A stretch of 63,980 bases of DNA, counting the filler, from Asterionella formosa (Eukaryota), in assembly GCA_002256025.1 (NCBI GenBank). It is 19 parts of 19 records of this genome, joined end to end, with 100 filler letters (N's around TTAATTAATTAA, not from the genome) between each part and the next. Parts side by side here need not be neighbours in the genome. Positions count along the whole stretch, not along the records: positions 3,876 to 33,044 come from NKIB01001059.1; positions 33,145 to 34,980 come from NKIB01001060.1; positions 35,081 to 36,915 come from NKIB01001061.1; 16 more parts are not named here. One strand, given 5' to 3'. Below the pieces are notes generated by a model. That model did no database searches and was not told the origin of the DNA. It saw only the letters and a program-made list of their open reading frames with translations. Shown here piece after piece: positions 24,727-36,020 of the stretch (positions within the stretch are counted from its first letter, which is position 1; every line of letters starts with the position of its first letter). The position numbers and the translations under genes are program-made.

Positions 24727-27529
24727 TTTGAACCCAGCTGGTCTTGTACCTGGTACTGTATAGAAACTACTGCTTCGCAAAAGACGTCGACGTTGGATTG
24801 GGAAGGTACTTCTGGGATCGAGGAGAATCTTGAAATGTACCCTGAGGAGAATCGATTAAATTGTACAGCCAGAGGATAAGACACCACAGATCCGGTAATC
24901 GTCATTAGGCAAAGCAAATTGAGATTTACCACACGTAGAATTTTATACTGACGAATTCATGGCGATACGGACTCCATTAGCTATATTTCTCTATAGATTG
25001 CAATTCACAGGAGTATTCTATTTTTCACAGTGATGATGATGTTACCTCAGCATATCGTTGTTAAAAAATATACTGGCAGTGGATGTAGGCAACAATCGGT
25101 ATACTAAGTTAAGCAAATAGTGTATTTCGTGATTAAAAATTTTTTATCGCACCTGCATTTTTTTGGCGCGCCTCCCAAAAAAGTCATTCTGGTAATTCTT
25201 AAATTTTTACTAGTACTTCAGTACCAGGGGGGTATTAACAACATAGATATGGTGCATCTATATTATACATGGGAAAAACACAAATAATGATCTTACAATT
25301 GTATGCACTTACATATATATATATATACTATACAGACTAGACAAACTGTATATTTCTCATATTCCCCCAGAATGACTGTCAGGAAATAATTGTGCGCTTG
25401 CCCCATGTGAGGTTCTGGCTTATGGTTTTCAGATAACCAACAGTGGCTGATAATTGCTGTTGGCTTTTGACTACTATTATATCATGAAAAATGAAATTTG
25501 ATTAATTGTCAGTATCTATGCAGCATCATAGCTATATTGTATCATATGCAGACTCATAGTGGAATCCAAGTTTCTGATCAACAAAAGATGAGTAATACAG
25601 ATGATTTTGTTACTTGGCTGATATATTTCATTTTGTTTTGAGGTTGACAATTTTCACTTTGCTGATCAGCCTACAGACTACTGGTGTATAGAGGTGATGG
25701 TTTTATTGCTGTCATTCATAGCTACATATCTGCAAGTTGTGGTAATTTTGCTGAAATGGACAACGTGTCACAAGACAGGCGCTCAAAAAGACTAAATACT
25801 TAACTTCATCAACTCTCGCTTTGAATCGACAGTATCACGACTTGTTAGTAGCATGAATAATTATTTTGTCTTCACGCAGCTGAGAAAATAAAGTAACCAG
25901 GGAAATAGGGAGGCGGCCTGAAGCAAAAGAAAGCAATAGTAAGCAAAAGTAAGAAAGTCTTGCTAACTTCGCTTTATTCTCATCAAACTCAAAATCGTTC
26001 TCTTTTTCCGGCCGAAGTGATGAAAACAACCAATAATGAACAGTACTATATTTATTAGGATTTGAATATTCAAATGCTACCACCTAAAGCTGTATTCCAC
26101 CACTGAATGGAGTAAACGTACGGTTTGAACTTAGTTTGCAAGATACGTTCATTATTGTCACAAAAGCGGAGTTTTTCAGATTTTTATAGCAAGTAAATAC
26201 TTACGTACTTGTATTGTTGCATTGTGTAAGTTGTTAAATACTTATTTCGACCCAAAGGTTGCTGTCGATGCGAAATTACGAAAAATGAATATCTTTACAT
26301 TGCTTTATTCTATTGAGCTGCCATCGCCTTTTCTGTCTGGTGTGTATATGTACAAGAATAATAGCATTCTTCCGATAGAATTACTTTAGTATAATTAAAT
26401 GTTGGTAAGACGTCATTGTGCTTTCGAATACATTATGCATCGGAAGAATTTGTTGATGATGCAAGCGCAAAACCATACTGTACTATGGCGCATAACAGGT
26501 AAAGTAATTCGAAACAAATTTCTGTACTATAAATGGAGTAAAAATAATCACAGTTTGGGGAGGCAAATATATTCATGTACCGATAGGAAAATATGCACTC
26601 TAAGCCATCGCTATGCAACAATTTTAATGACTATGAAAATTTGGATCTTCATGGCTCAATACACTGAATCAAAACTGATTACCCATTTGTTTAGTAGAGT
26701 GCATCGTCTAAGAAGCACTTAGTACTTGCATCAGATTTCGTATGATAAATTACTTAAACATTTTTAGTCGGCAGATTGAGTAAACTAACGGTGACTTACA
26801 GTTTTTAACTGATAGTGTCATCATATGTAACAACTAGTGGTACCAGCACCTAAATACTGAGACTCATAAAAACTTTCAGTTTTGCACTGATCGTCATAAC
26901 AAAACGGGGTAATCACACGGGTTGAGACGAATATTTGTAAATTATAATCTATATTAGACAAAGTTCTTCCTTTGCATGTAAGTAACAGCATAGTTGTTCG
27001 TACTTAATCACTGCAATCTTGTACCAGTTCTTTAGTTACAGCGGCCCAAAAGTGCTGGTTGTCGACGTTTTTTGGTCCAAATAAGTTTTACCCCATTGAG
27101 CCCTGCATGGCTTTTCAACACATAGGAGAAGCTGAAGCTATATTAACACTTAGCTTGTTTCAAGACTTTTCCACATCAGTACTATGGCATTTTCGCGCCA
27201 TGTTAATTAAGTTGTGATCCATCATAATTCGTTTCATTTAGAGTGGTTTAAGTACCGGTGTGCCAATACATATATTTATATTATAACCTCGTGTTACCTG
27301 GTACTGGCATGACAAACTACTAGGAAGCCAGCACTGTGGCTGGTATGCATGATATAGAAACAAGCCAACAAATCCAACATATAAGGCTCACAATATATAA
27401 TTGTTTGCTGAGTCATCGTTGAGAGACTAGAATCATGTTGGCAGACTAGTAAGGAATGCTAACTCCTCATGAAACGGAAATGGAGCAGCTAACCTCAAAA
27501 GGAAAAATGCCAATAAATTCAACAATGAT

Positions 27530-27800
27530 AAAGGAATGTCTTAGGGGTTTAGCACGTTGCCTTGGATCTGAGGTTGTGAGGTTTGATTCCCGCAAATTTT
27601 TTGAGAAGCAATTGTTGGGTTCGACTCCCACACTCCTTTCTGTCCTGCACGGTCTTGCCTGCTGGTGCGCAAGAAATGTTGGGTTGCCCCCTACAAGCAG
27701 CTTGTGCCGCCTTTCTAGGCGGTCGGAGTTTCCCCTACCGCTGTGGCTAAGACTATCACCTTTCGCGAAAGGTGGTTGAGGAGTCACCTACGCTAACAAA
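27530..27800 (+). mobile_element. Putative tRNA-derived SINE or structured Pol III RNA element
   Basis: A-box-like TGTCTTAGGGG (27537-27547) and exact B-box GGTTCGACTCC (27618-27628). An acceptor-like pairing forms between AAAGGAATGT and ACACTCCTTT. GC-rich hairpins follow, including the perfect palindrome CACCTTTCGCGAAAGGTG (27757-27774). Confidence 0.5.
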
Positions 27801-28742
27801 GCTAGGGAAGCACAGGTCTTGTGGCAGGTACTGGTAACTTGCCTAGTAATTGGGGAGTATGAATGGGCTATAAAACATTCCATCTTTATAAATTCAACAA
27901 AGCAATATACTGTATGTTATGAACATCGGGTAGATTTTGTTGCTTCATTTCATCCCTGGTTTACTGCCATGGACAACTTCACAAAAAGCAGTGTTTCATT
28001 CTTGATTCTGCAACAATAACTAAACATTTAATTATGCCAACAATCTACTTTCGCCACACCTGTACAGAATCGCAAAGAAATGTTCATTGTCAGAACGGCT
28101 GCAGACCAACCTATGCTGGCCACTCGGCCGTAATGGTGAGCAAGCGATCATGTGATTTCTCGTCAATTTTGATAATGGACGCGGTTTGAACAAAAGCTAT
28201 AATAAAACTAAGGAAAATTACAGTACGTGTTTTTGATTCCCACAAATGCGCATGGTTGTTGAATGTTATGGTGCTTCTTCCTAGCGCGCTCCAGTACTGC
28301 CCTGGAATGACTGGTCAAGATCTTTCTTGCGCCGCTTGTATGCATATTTTTCTGCTATAAAAATACTGTCTCTTTCCGGTTAGACATTCCTCAGACTACA
28401 TCTAGTCTTCGGACACCTGTCGACATCAACAGCCTAACAGACACATTCTGACACATGGTGTGACAATGATGTTTGCAAATTAAAAAAAACCAGATGTATT
28501 CACTTTCTTTAGCACTTTCAGGGTGCTGGCTAAGTGGCATGGATTGAGATCACACCAACCGCATACCAGTTGTTGTCGGTTTTGGGAAATTGATTGCTGT
28601 CTAGCATGGGGGTGATTTTTAATTTGCTCACCAGCTATTATTGCCCTAGCATTTTTTGAATCCTATAAGTTACAAGAAGGGCTCCATCCATGCTGCATGA
28701 GAGCATGAGACTACTGGGTATGGTTCCTATTGATACAGGCAG

Positions 28743-28809
28743 GTAATGGGAGTCTAGTATCTTAGCTATTATTATGTAATGGGAGTCTAGTATCTTAGCT
28801 ATTATTATG
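28743..28809. repeat. Tandem duplication of 33 bp (GTAATGGGAGTCTAGTATCTTAGCTATTATTAT x2)
   Basis: Two adjacent identical copies. Confidence 0.9.
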
Positions 28810-29356
28810 CACAACAAGATTAGTATTCAGTTCTTCAGAACACTGGTACACTGGTACACTAAATACTGGTATTGTAGTATCACCATGGAACCTGGGACAG
28901 TCATATCAGGTAAGTGGTAGTCTACAACAGTTCATAAAGGTACATGGCACCTGGAGGGAGTATTTATTTTGGTCGATAGGTCTACCTAACTACCTAAAGT
29001 CTAGGCTTAAAACTTCAGAAGGAAATACAGATACGCAGGTGCCATACATATTAGTCTACCAGTACCGGTAGTCAAATTTAATATAGTGGTAGCTATCTGA
29101 TACCATCAAGGCAATGAGGTAAAGCTTCTAGAGAAATACTGGTTAATATAGTTTGACTACCAAAAAATAGAGATCAATTGGCAAGAAACCCAGTAAGTGA
29201 AGTGGCTATAGCTATCAACTTCCTTAGATCCATTTACCCTGATAAAGAATGAATCCAATAGTATTTCGCCCTGAGACAACGCCGAAATTAGAAGTGTCCC
29301 TTCTTGAACAAGCTGGAATTCTGCATGATAGGAAAGGTGAAGAAGTGCACCCAAGC

Positions 29357-31411
29357 CTACAACACACTTCGAAGGCTTTCCCTTAGTTTGTTGACCTCTT
29401 GACGCTTCTCTATTAAGAGACTCTTTCGTTCTGCCTTTGTCCGAGCTAATGTCCTCGATTCGTTTTCTGCTCTTCGGGCATCAAAATCGGCTCGCTTTTT
29501 TGCACGGACTGTACTGTATGGAACATAACTAGTTTTCTTAATGACTCGTGGTGTGACGTTCGCAGGAGGTGCGTTCTCGCAATTCCGTGTTAAAGCGTCA
29601 GGACTATCGAGCAAAGATGATCTATCACTCAGTAGGTCCAATCCACATAGGCCAGTAATACTCTCCAGACTAGAAAGGGAAATATTTAAGTTTGGAGTTG
29701 AACTGGTGCGAGATAAAACCCTACCGTGCGTTTCATTTCCTTCCCATTCTCGTGGCCCTGTCAATGTTCTATCACTGGTAGCCATTCCATGCATCAGTTT
29801 TTCTGGAATTTTCCGAAGAAATTCACTTTTTCGTGAATTTGTACTGATCGGATCAAATAGTGATGGCTGTGACTGCGATCGAGTTACCATTGCACCTGTT
29901 CGGCGAACTCCCAATTGAGGAGAAACTGGCACTGTAGTATTCCTCTTCTCAACTTTGGGCACCCCAAACTGACCGCCGTGCCCCTTTTCCAAAGCAGGAA
30001 CTCGTAGTCGTTGTTGTCGTTTGGCCCCGATTTGAGGTGAAAAAGGTATTGTGGTTGGTTTCTTCTCCACTTTCGGCACACCAGCTTGACCCCAATTTCC
30101 AGATTGAATCATTGGTCGAGCCTTAAATGGCCTACCGGTATACCCTCGTGCTGTATACAAGGTGACCTTGTTAGCTTCATATGCATTTTTCGATGCTTGG
30201 CTTCTCTTGACATCAGCAAGTGCCTGCCTTTGTCGTTCCCTTGATTCCGCAATAGAAATCAATTGCTGTCGTTCTTTTGCTGCTAACGAGTCTCGAGACC
30301 TTGTTACTTCAAGCTTCCTTCGATGAGCTGCACCTCGCAAGCGTTCAATAAACATGAGCGAGGATGCATCAACGTGCTTTTTAGCGCTGGTTAAGTCGGA
30401 GTAATAGCTTGTACTGCAACTACGATTTGCCTCAGTCCCTTCAAATGCTTGAGTAAGTCCAGAGAGGATCTGAGTCTCGTGTTCCTCACCATGTTTTAAG
30501 TTGAACGCATTGGTGATGTTCTCCTTTTCTTCTCTATAAGTAATTTCGATATCCTCTTTGTTTTCCAGTCGTTCACTAGTTTTCCCATGTTCACCATCGA
30601 CAGACTCTAGTGGATGAGGAGTCGTTATGCTACTTCTGCCTGGTAATTGATCAAGAACACCAAGGAATATTTCGTCTACTGATGATGAATCTTGTTCCAA
30701 TGATAGTTCTTGACAGTGTTCAATAATTTTTTGGAAGGGAGAATCAGGGTCGTCTATCGCTTCCAAGGTTAGTCCCACAAAACTGTCATGAGGCCTCGTC
30801 AATCCCATGACAATTGTTGTATCATTGTTTTCGGATACCTTGAATTTTTTTTCGATTGACGAACGATCTGCATCGTTTTCATTTTGACCATTTAAATAAA
30901 TTGCCTTGTATTTTTCTGGAGATCCATGATTGAGCCCTTCTTTAGAGGGCGATTGTCCGCCTGCCCATTCAATGACCGGGCTCCAATGACTTACATTGCT
31001 TGTATCTGTGACTATGGACCCTTTTGATGAATCAAAACTTTCTCGCTTCACTGCTATCGGACTCAAAAAGTATTGTTGCTTTCCAAAAATGACCTCCATC
31101 TCGGAAGCAGATTCGTGGCTCTCGTAGCTGGAAGCTCTGTCGAATGAGTTTCGTTTCGGTCCGTCAACCGAGCTAAATGGCCATGTTAAAACCCCTTGTT
31201 CCTGAGTATCCACAAATATTTCAGCTCTTCCAAAATCTGTATTCATGGCACCATAACTGGAGAAAGATAAAGATTGCTCGTTTAGCGACAAGGGGCTATT
31301 CTTTTCACTAGTCTCGGATCCCAATCCGAGGGAAGCACACAACGATGTGTCGAGTTGAAGGTTGGCACTTAAATTCACAGATACACCTTCGTTTCCATCC
31401 ATAGTGCTCAT
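29357..31411 (-). CDS. 684-aa protein with TPX2-like microtubule-binding motifs and a C-terminal coiled coil
   Basis: Long ORF containing PFKARPM followed by two GVPKVEK[KR]xTTxPxSP repeats. It ends in a STVRAKKRADFD..R helical tail similar to the TPX2 C-terminal domain. Confidence 0.7.
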   Translation of the reverse strand: MSTMDGNEGVSVNLSANLQLDTSLCASLGLGSETSEKNSPLSLNEQSLSFSSYGAMNTDFGRAEIFVDTQEQGVLTWPFSSVDGPKRNSFDRASSYESHESASEMEVIFGKQQYFLSPIAVKRESFDSSKGSIVTDTSNVSHWSPVIEWAGGQSPSKEGLNHGSPEKYKAIYLNGQNENDADRSSIEKKFKVSENNDTTIVMGLTRPHDSFVGLTLEAIDDPDSPFQKIIEHCQELSLEQDSSSVDEIFLGVLDQLPGRSSITTPHPLESVDGEHGKTSERLENKEDIEITYREEKENITNAFNLKHGEEHETQILSGLTQAFEGTEANRSCSTSYYSDLTSAKKHVDASSLMFIERLRGAAHRRKLEVTRSRDSLAAKERQQLISIAESRERQRQALADVKRSQASKNAYEANKVTLYTARGYTGRPFKARPMIQSGNWGQAGVPKVEKKPTTIPFSPQIGAKRQQRLRVPALEKGHGGQFGVPKVEKRNTTVPVSPQLGVRRTGAMVTRSQSQPSLFDPISTNSRKSEFLRKIPEKLMHGMATSDRTLTGPREWEGNETHGRVLSRTSSTPNLNISLSSLESITGLCGLDLLSDRSSLLDSPDALTRNCENAPPANVTPRVIKKTSYVPYSTVRAKKRADFDARRAENESRTLARTKAERKSLLIEKRQEVNKLRESLRSVL

Positions 31412-33144
31412 TCCCTTGTTTTTGTTTGTTCTATAGTGGAATGAAAGATCTGGAAGGAATGAAGAAGTGATGATTCAATCTGCAGCAACAACTAAAATAG
31501 CAAAAGTCGTCCTGTTACAAGGAGGTGATATTGATTTGAATGTATGATATAATATACCGGCAATGCATAGAGCACGTACACTTACGTTGTCTAGTACATA
31601 CTGAACGGTAAACCTTTTTGAGTATGAAACCATGTGGCGATCATTGATACCAGGTACCGGTAGATGGAAGATAAAACGGCCAACTCTGAAATTCGTGACT
31701 CTTCAACTTGTCATGGAACCAGTACCTGGTACCCTGGTACTGGTGCCAGGGTACCAGCAAGTTGCGGTCATTTTGCTTAAATAACCATTTTAATTACGGA
31801 TAAAGACAGCTAAATATTTAGTTTCAGCAAAATTACCGAAACTTGCAGGTACCACTCGATGATGGCCACTTGGGACGATGTGCTCACAGATCCGGGAGTA
31901 GAAGCAGATGTAGAGTACCTTGTACCAGGCTACCAGGTACACACAATAGTGGGTAGGAACGGATAGGATAATATTACTGATACATATGCACTACCTTCTA
32001 CTTTCCCACGTACATACCCCATTCTGAAGAAAGTCCGGTAAAAGGCGGTTTTTAATATAGATTACCCGGAACCCAACCCCCGTCCCATGTATCGAGGAAT
32101 TCCGTGACTGAAAAAGTTATCACGGAAACTTGCTTGTTGTTCAAAAAGCCATACACTAATATCAATTGTCGGTCGTCCTGTCCAGTTCCAATTGGCGCGC
32201 TTCTCACCATCGATACTAGGACGGCTCATTGTGGAGTACTTCCGATGGACAGATTGCAAAACAAGGCCTCATGGGTTGAAAAATCTACCATTAGCTACCA
32301 TAACATCGAGACTGTAATTGAGTCATTTGAGTCAAAGGATGCAGAACAACAAGCATGAATATGTTTTGATATGGTGCATGTAATTATGTGACTATTATAT
32401 CATATATGCTCTGTTTTCAGTCATCAGCTATGCTTCCATCACTCAAGCGATTTTTCAATGCTCCATTCAGCTGAACAAACATCAGTCAACAGTGCACAGG
32501 AAGTTTCATATTTGTTGCTTTGGGAGGATTCATTGTCTGGCTGCAAGAGCAATCAGAAGAACCCTCAGATTTTGTTATGTTAAATGTCAAGACTTCTTGC
32601 AAAGAACCATCAAGTGCTCGTCCACTAATATTGCTTGCATCCCAATATGAAAACAATTGAGCACATTGCCAACTGGGTTCTTTTTCGGCAGCAAGGAATT
32701 TTTCGTTTTAAATTATCTTCCATTAGGTTTGATGAGATGCATGTACAATAGAACATCAATTGGAAATTCAGTACGAAGATTTTGTTGAGTAGTATATCCT
32801 GGGTAGCAGTTGTAAAACTGATCAAAAGTTTGGGGAATGCCAGCACAATCAAGAAGTGAAGTACTAGCAAGAACATGCATTTCTCCTGATGTAGACTGTG
32901 ACATATGTGGAGTACGTCCCATGTATGCTCCTATAAGCCTTGATGACAGTCCATCCTAATTGCTTGAAGAGTTATGTTTTGTATTGAGGTGATTCATGGT
33001 TCTCCTTCCAATCACTGATTCTTTCTTCAATTGAACAAGTTTCANNNNNNNNNNNNNNNNNNNNNNNNNNNNNNNNNNNNNNNNNNNNTTAATTAATTAA
33101 NNNNNNNNNNNNNNNNNNNNNNNNNNNNNNNNNNNNNNNNNNNN

Positions 33145-34980
33145 ACAATGGAAACAGCACCAGGCGCAACCCCATCTTCAAGACTTTTGATTTTTGCTAT
33201 TTCTATTGCTGAATTCGCAATGCTCTTTACGTAGTTGGCCCCCTTCGGTAAATCAGGATGAACCAATTGAGACAAGGGTGCATCCTTACTCCGTGATACA
33301 TGCCTATTTTTCTAGGGACACCTGCTATAGTCCATAGACCATTTGATGATGAAGCAGAGAGCGAATTGAACTTTAACAAGAAGGGATGGTGAATGGATCT
33401 TGGTTGGAGGCGACATACTAGGCAACATCCTTGTATCCGGAATCATTCCTTCGAAATCAATCCCTGTTCAAATACCCTCAGTTATATTCATATGTACTAC
33501 TTTACTCATCTTCTTCTGTTGGTTTTCTGTATGTATTGAATCACTTGCAAAAACAGTTTTTCGTGCCAAGGCAAACTGCCTTGTTTCATATGACCTTGTT
33601 AAAATGTCATGCTTAAATCGATGCAATTGTCCATTGACACACTTACTGGGTCACTCATTTCAATTTGTCTTTCAAAACAGATTCCAAATATCCACCAAGA
33701 AAATTAAGAGGCGATCCGAACTTCCTAATCAGATGAGGGTAATGTTTCATTCCATGAAATTTTGCCATTCGTAAGCCAATTTGAGATTTCATTTCCCGTT
33801 GGGGACCAATCATAATCTTAGTAACTGACATAAATCTCTTAACCCTTTCTTCTAAAATATCAATACATGTTGATGTATATTGTGGTATGAGTTAAGTGTC
33901 ATTGATAGATATACATAACCATAACAGCAATGTGAAATCCTTTTCTAGGTGCATGTTCTCTGAACCCATCATTCCACCCATTGAAAAAATAGCTAGTTAA
34001 CAGACATAATCCGGGAATTTCTTGCCCTGACATTTTTGACAAAGCTGTCATCCCAGCAGATCTGTATGACAATTTTGGAATATCACAATCGCTTTGCCTT
34101 TCCAAATGATATTGATACATCTAGCACTTTGTTCGAAGTATAGTGTAGTTTCGAAAATACATTTCTGGAGCTGTTACAAAAAGTGTTGGGTCTTGATTTT
34201 TGCCAGTGTAGATATTTTTGGTAACTGGTACGTGTGTCCTTTTTGTTCTTTGCCTGTTTCTTCGGTTGCTCTTGATCAAGAAAAGCAGTGTCTGTTGTTT
34301 CAGTGATTACGGTTATGATCAGAGATGTTCTCTGGAATATCTGGTGATTTTCTTTCTTTAAAAAAACATGTCCATTCTTCAGGGATAGTCCGATAATTGT
34401 ACAATGATTCCAAAATGTACTTAAATATTCCAAGTAGTAATTGATGAAAAACCTCAAATGGAGTTGCACCAAATAATCCTTCTAAGTCACCACCAAAAAA
34501 ATGATTTTTTAGTGCAGGCATAATAGGATTATGCGATATAACACGGCAGCACTCGTTTGCTGTTGCGTATTTGCCATTAGATTGTGAGACATTGGGAGAC
34601 ACAATACTCAGGTGGGATACATGGTAATTTTCCATCGGGATATGTATTTTTGTCAAGAAATTTGTTTAAAAACTTTTTAACATCTGACACTTTACGACGT
34701 TCACATCCAACATCGGGATTATCAGCATCTTCAGTTGAAACCAGGCAATCACGACAAACATATCGTCGATATAATCCATTACCACCCCTGAAACCACAAA
34801 TTTTTGTGTGCTCTTCTGTATCACCAATGATCATTCCAATCTGTAAATAAACTTTTGTCATACCAAGACCATGAACCCAAATATCGTATGACTTGATTGG
34901 ATCTTCGAAAGGCGACAATAGAAATCCTGTAACAGAATGGTATAATTTGAGTCGACATAAGGACAAGTTGTCACCAGATA
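33145..34980 (-). mobile_element. Plavaka-type (CACTA-related) transposase pseudogene fragment
   Basis: Frameshifted segments read IIGDTEEHTKICG..CRDC, GLFGATPFEVFHQLLLG, RQSDCDIP..GMTALSKMSGQE and KFHGMKHYPHLIRKFGSPLNF. The motif order matches Plavaka transposases. Confidence 0.75.
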
Positions 34981-35080
34981 NNNNNNNNNNNNNNNNNNNN
35001 NNNNNNNNNNNNNNNNNNNNNNNNTTAATTAATTAANNNNNNNNNNNNNNNNNNNNNNNNNNNNNNNNNNNNNNNNNNNN

Positions 35081-36020
35081 TAGATCATCCAGCTGGTGAT
35101 CAATCAGTAGCAACGCACACCATGGCTCTGCGACATGCTATTGATGATCTTATACCTAGCTGTTCGCCGTGGTTACCTCATGACATGTCTATAACGGAAA
35201 TTTCAGATCTTCTCCCTGATGAAGCCCATGGACTGATGTTAGAATATCTCCCTGATTTGGCTCGCTGCGAAATTACTGGTATTGAACCTTGCAGTGCCTT
35301 TGGACGACGTATGACCAAAGGACCTACACAATTACTCCGTGGTCGCATTCTGTTACAGATTAATGGTAATGATGTTCGAACGGTAAATGATGCAGAAGAG
35401 TTATTAGATGGATATGTGAGCGCAACACATGGTCGTTTATCTTTAAGGGATCACTATGACCCTCACTTTGTCCCTGGTATTCTTACAAACTTAACCATCC
35501 TGTCTGTGAAGAAACCTCGCGCTAATGCTCTATGGCATGACACCTTCACTTTTGGTGCAGGTGATCTCAGTATGCTCAGATCAGGGTTCACAGTCTCATC
35601 GATAACTTCTACGCCAGCCAGCCAATGCCCTCGCTCTTTTCACGAAGCAATGAAAGGACCATTTAAAGGGGAGTGAACTGCAGCACTATTCTCACATCTT
35701 GACAGTTGCCACAGTATTGGCACATTTGGACCTCCATCACTCCCTCCTGTCAATGCAACAATACTTCCAGCTGTACTGGTTCTCAAACATGTCCTTAATA
35801 CTGCAAAACAAATCAATGATCGCAAAGTTCGCCTCTGTGTGAATGGCAGTTTCCAAATCAAAGGAGTAGATTACACTGAATCTTTTGCACCAACCATCTT
35901 GGCTATGTCTATCAAAGTTTTTCTTGCCATTGGTACATATCTGCATTATAATTTCTACCATCTTGATATTAGCAATGCATTTCAAAATACCCCAGCACCT
36001 CCCAATGAAGCTGGCAATCT
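35081..36020 (+). mobile_element. Ty1/Copia pol fragment (integrase-RT linker + RT N-terminus), pseudogenised
   Basis: Reading through TGA at 35674-35676 gives CPRSFHEAMKGP..E*..RKVRLCVNGSFQIKGVDYTESFAPT..HLDISNAFQNT (RVT_2 motifs). Confidence 0.88.

Noticed and set aside
27531..27640. Functional tRNA gene, or RNase P/MRP RNA on the minus strand
   Set aside because: There is no proper anticodon stem-loop and the T-arm is duplicated. I could not find a P4 pairing partner for GGGGAAACTCCG. Kept only as SINE-like.
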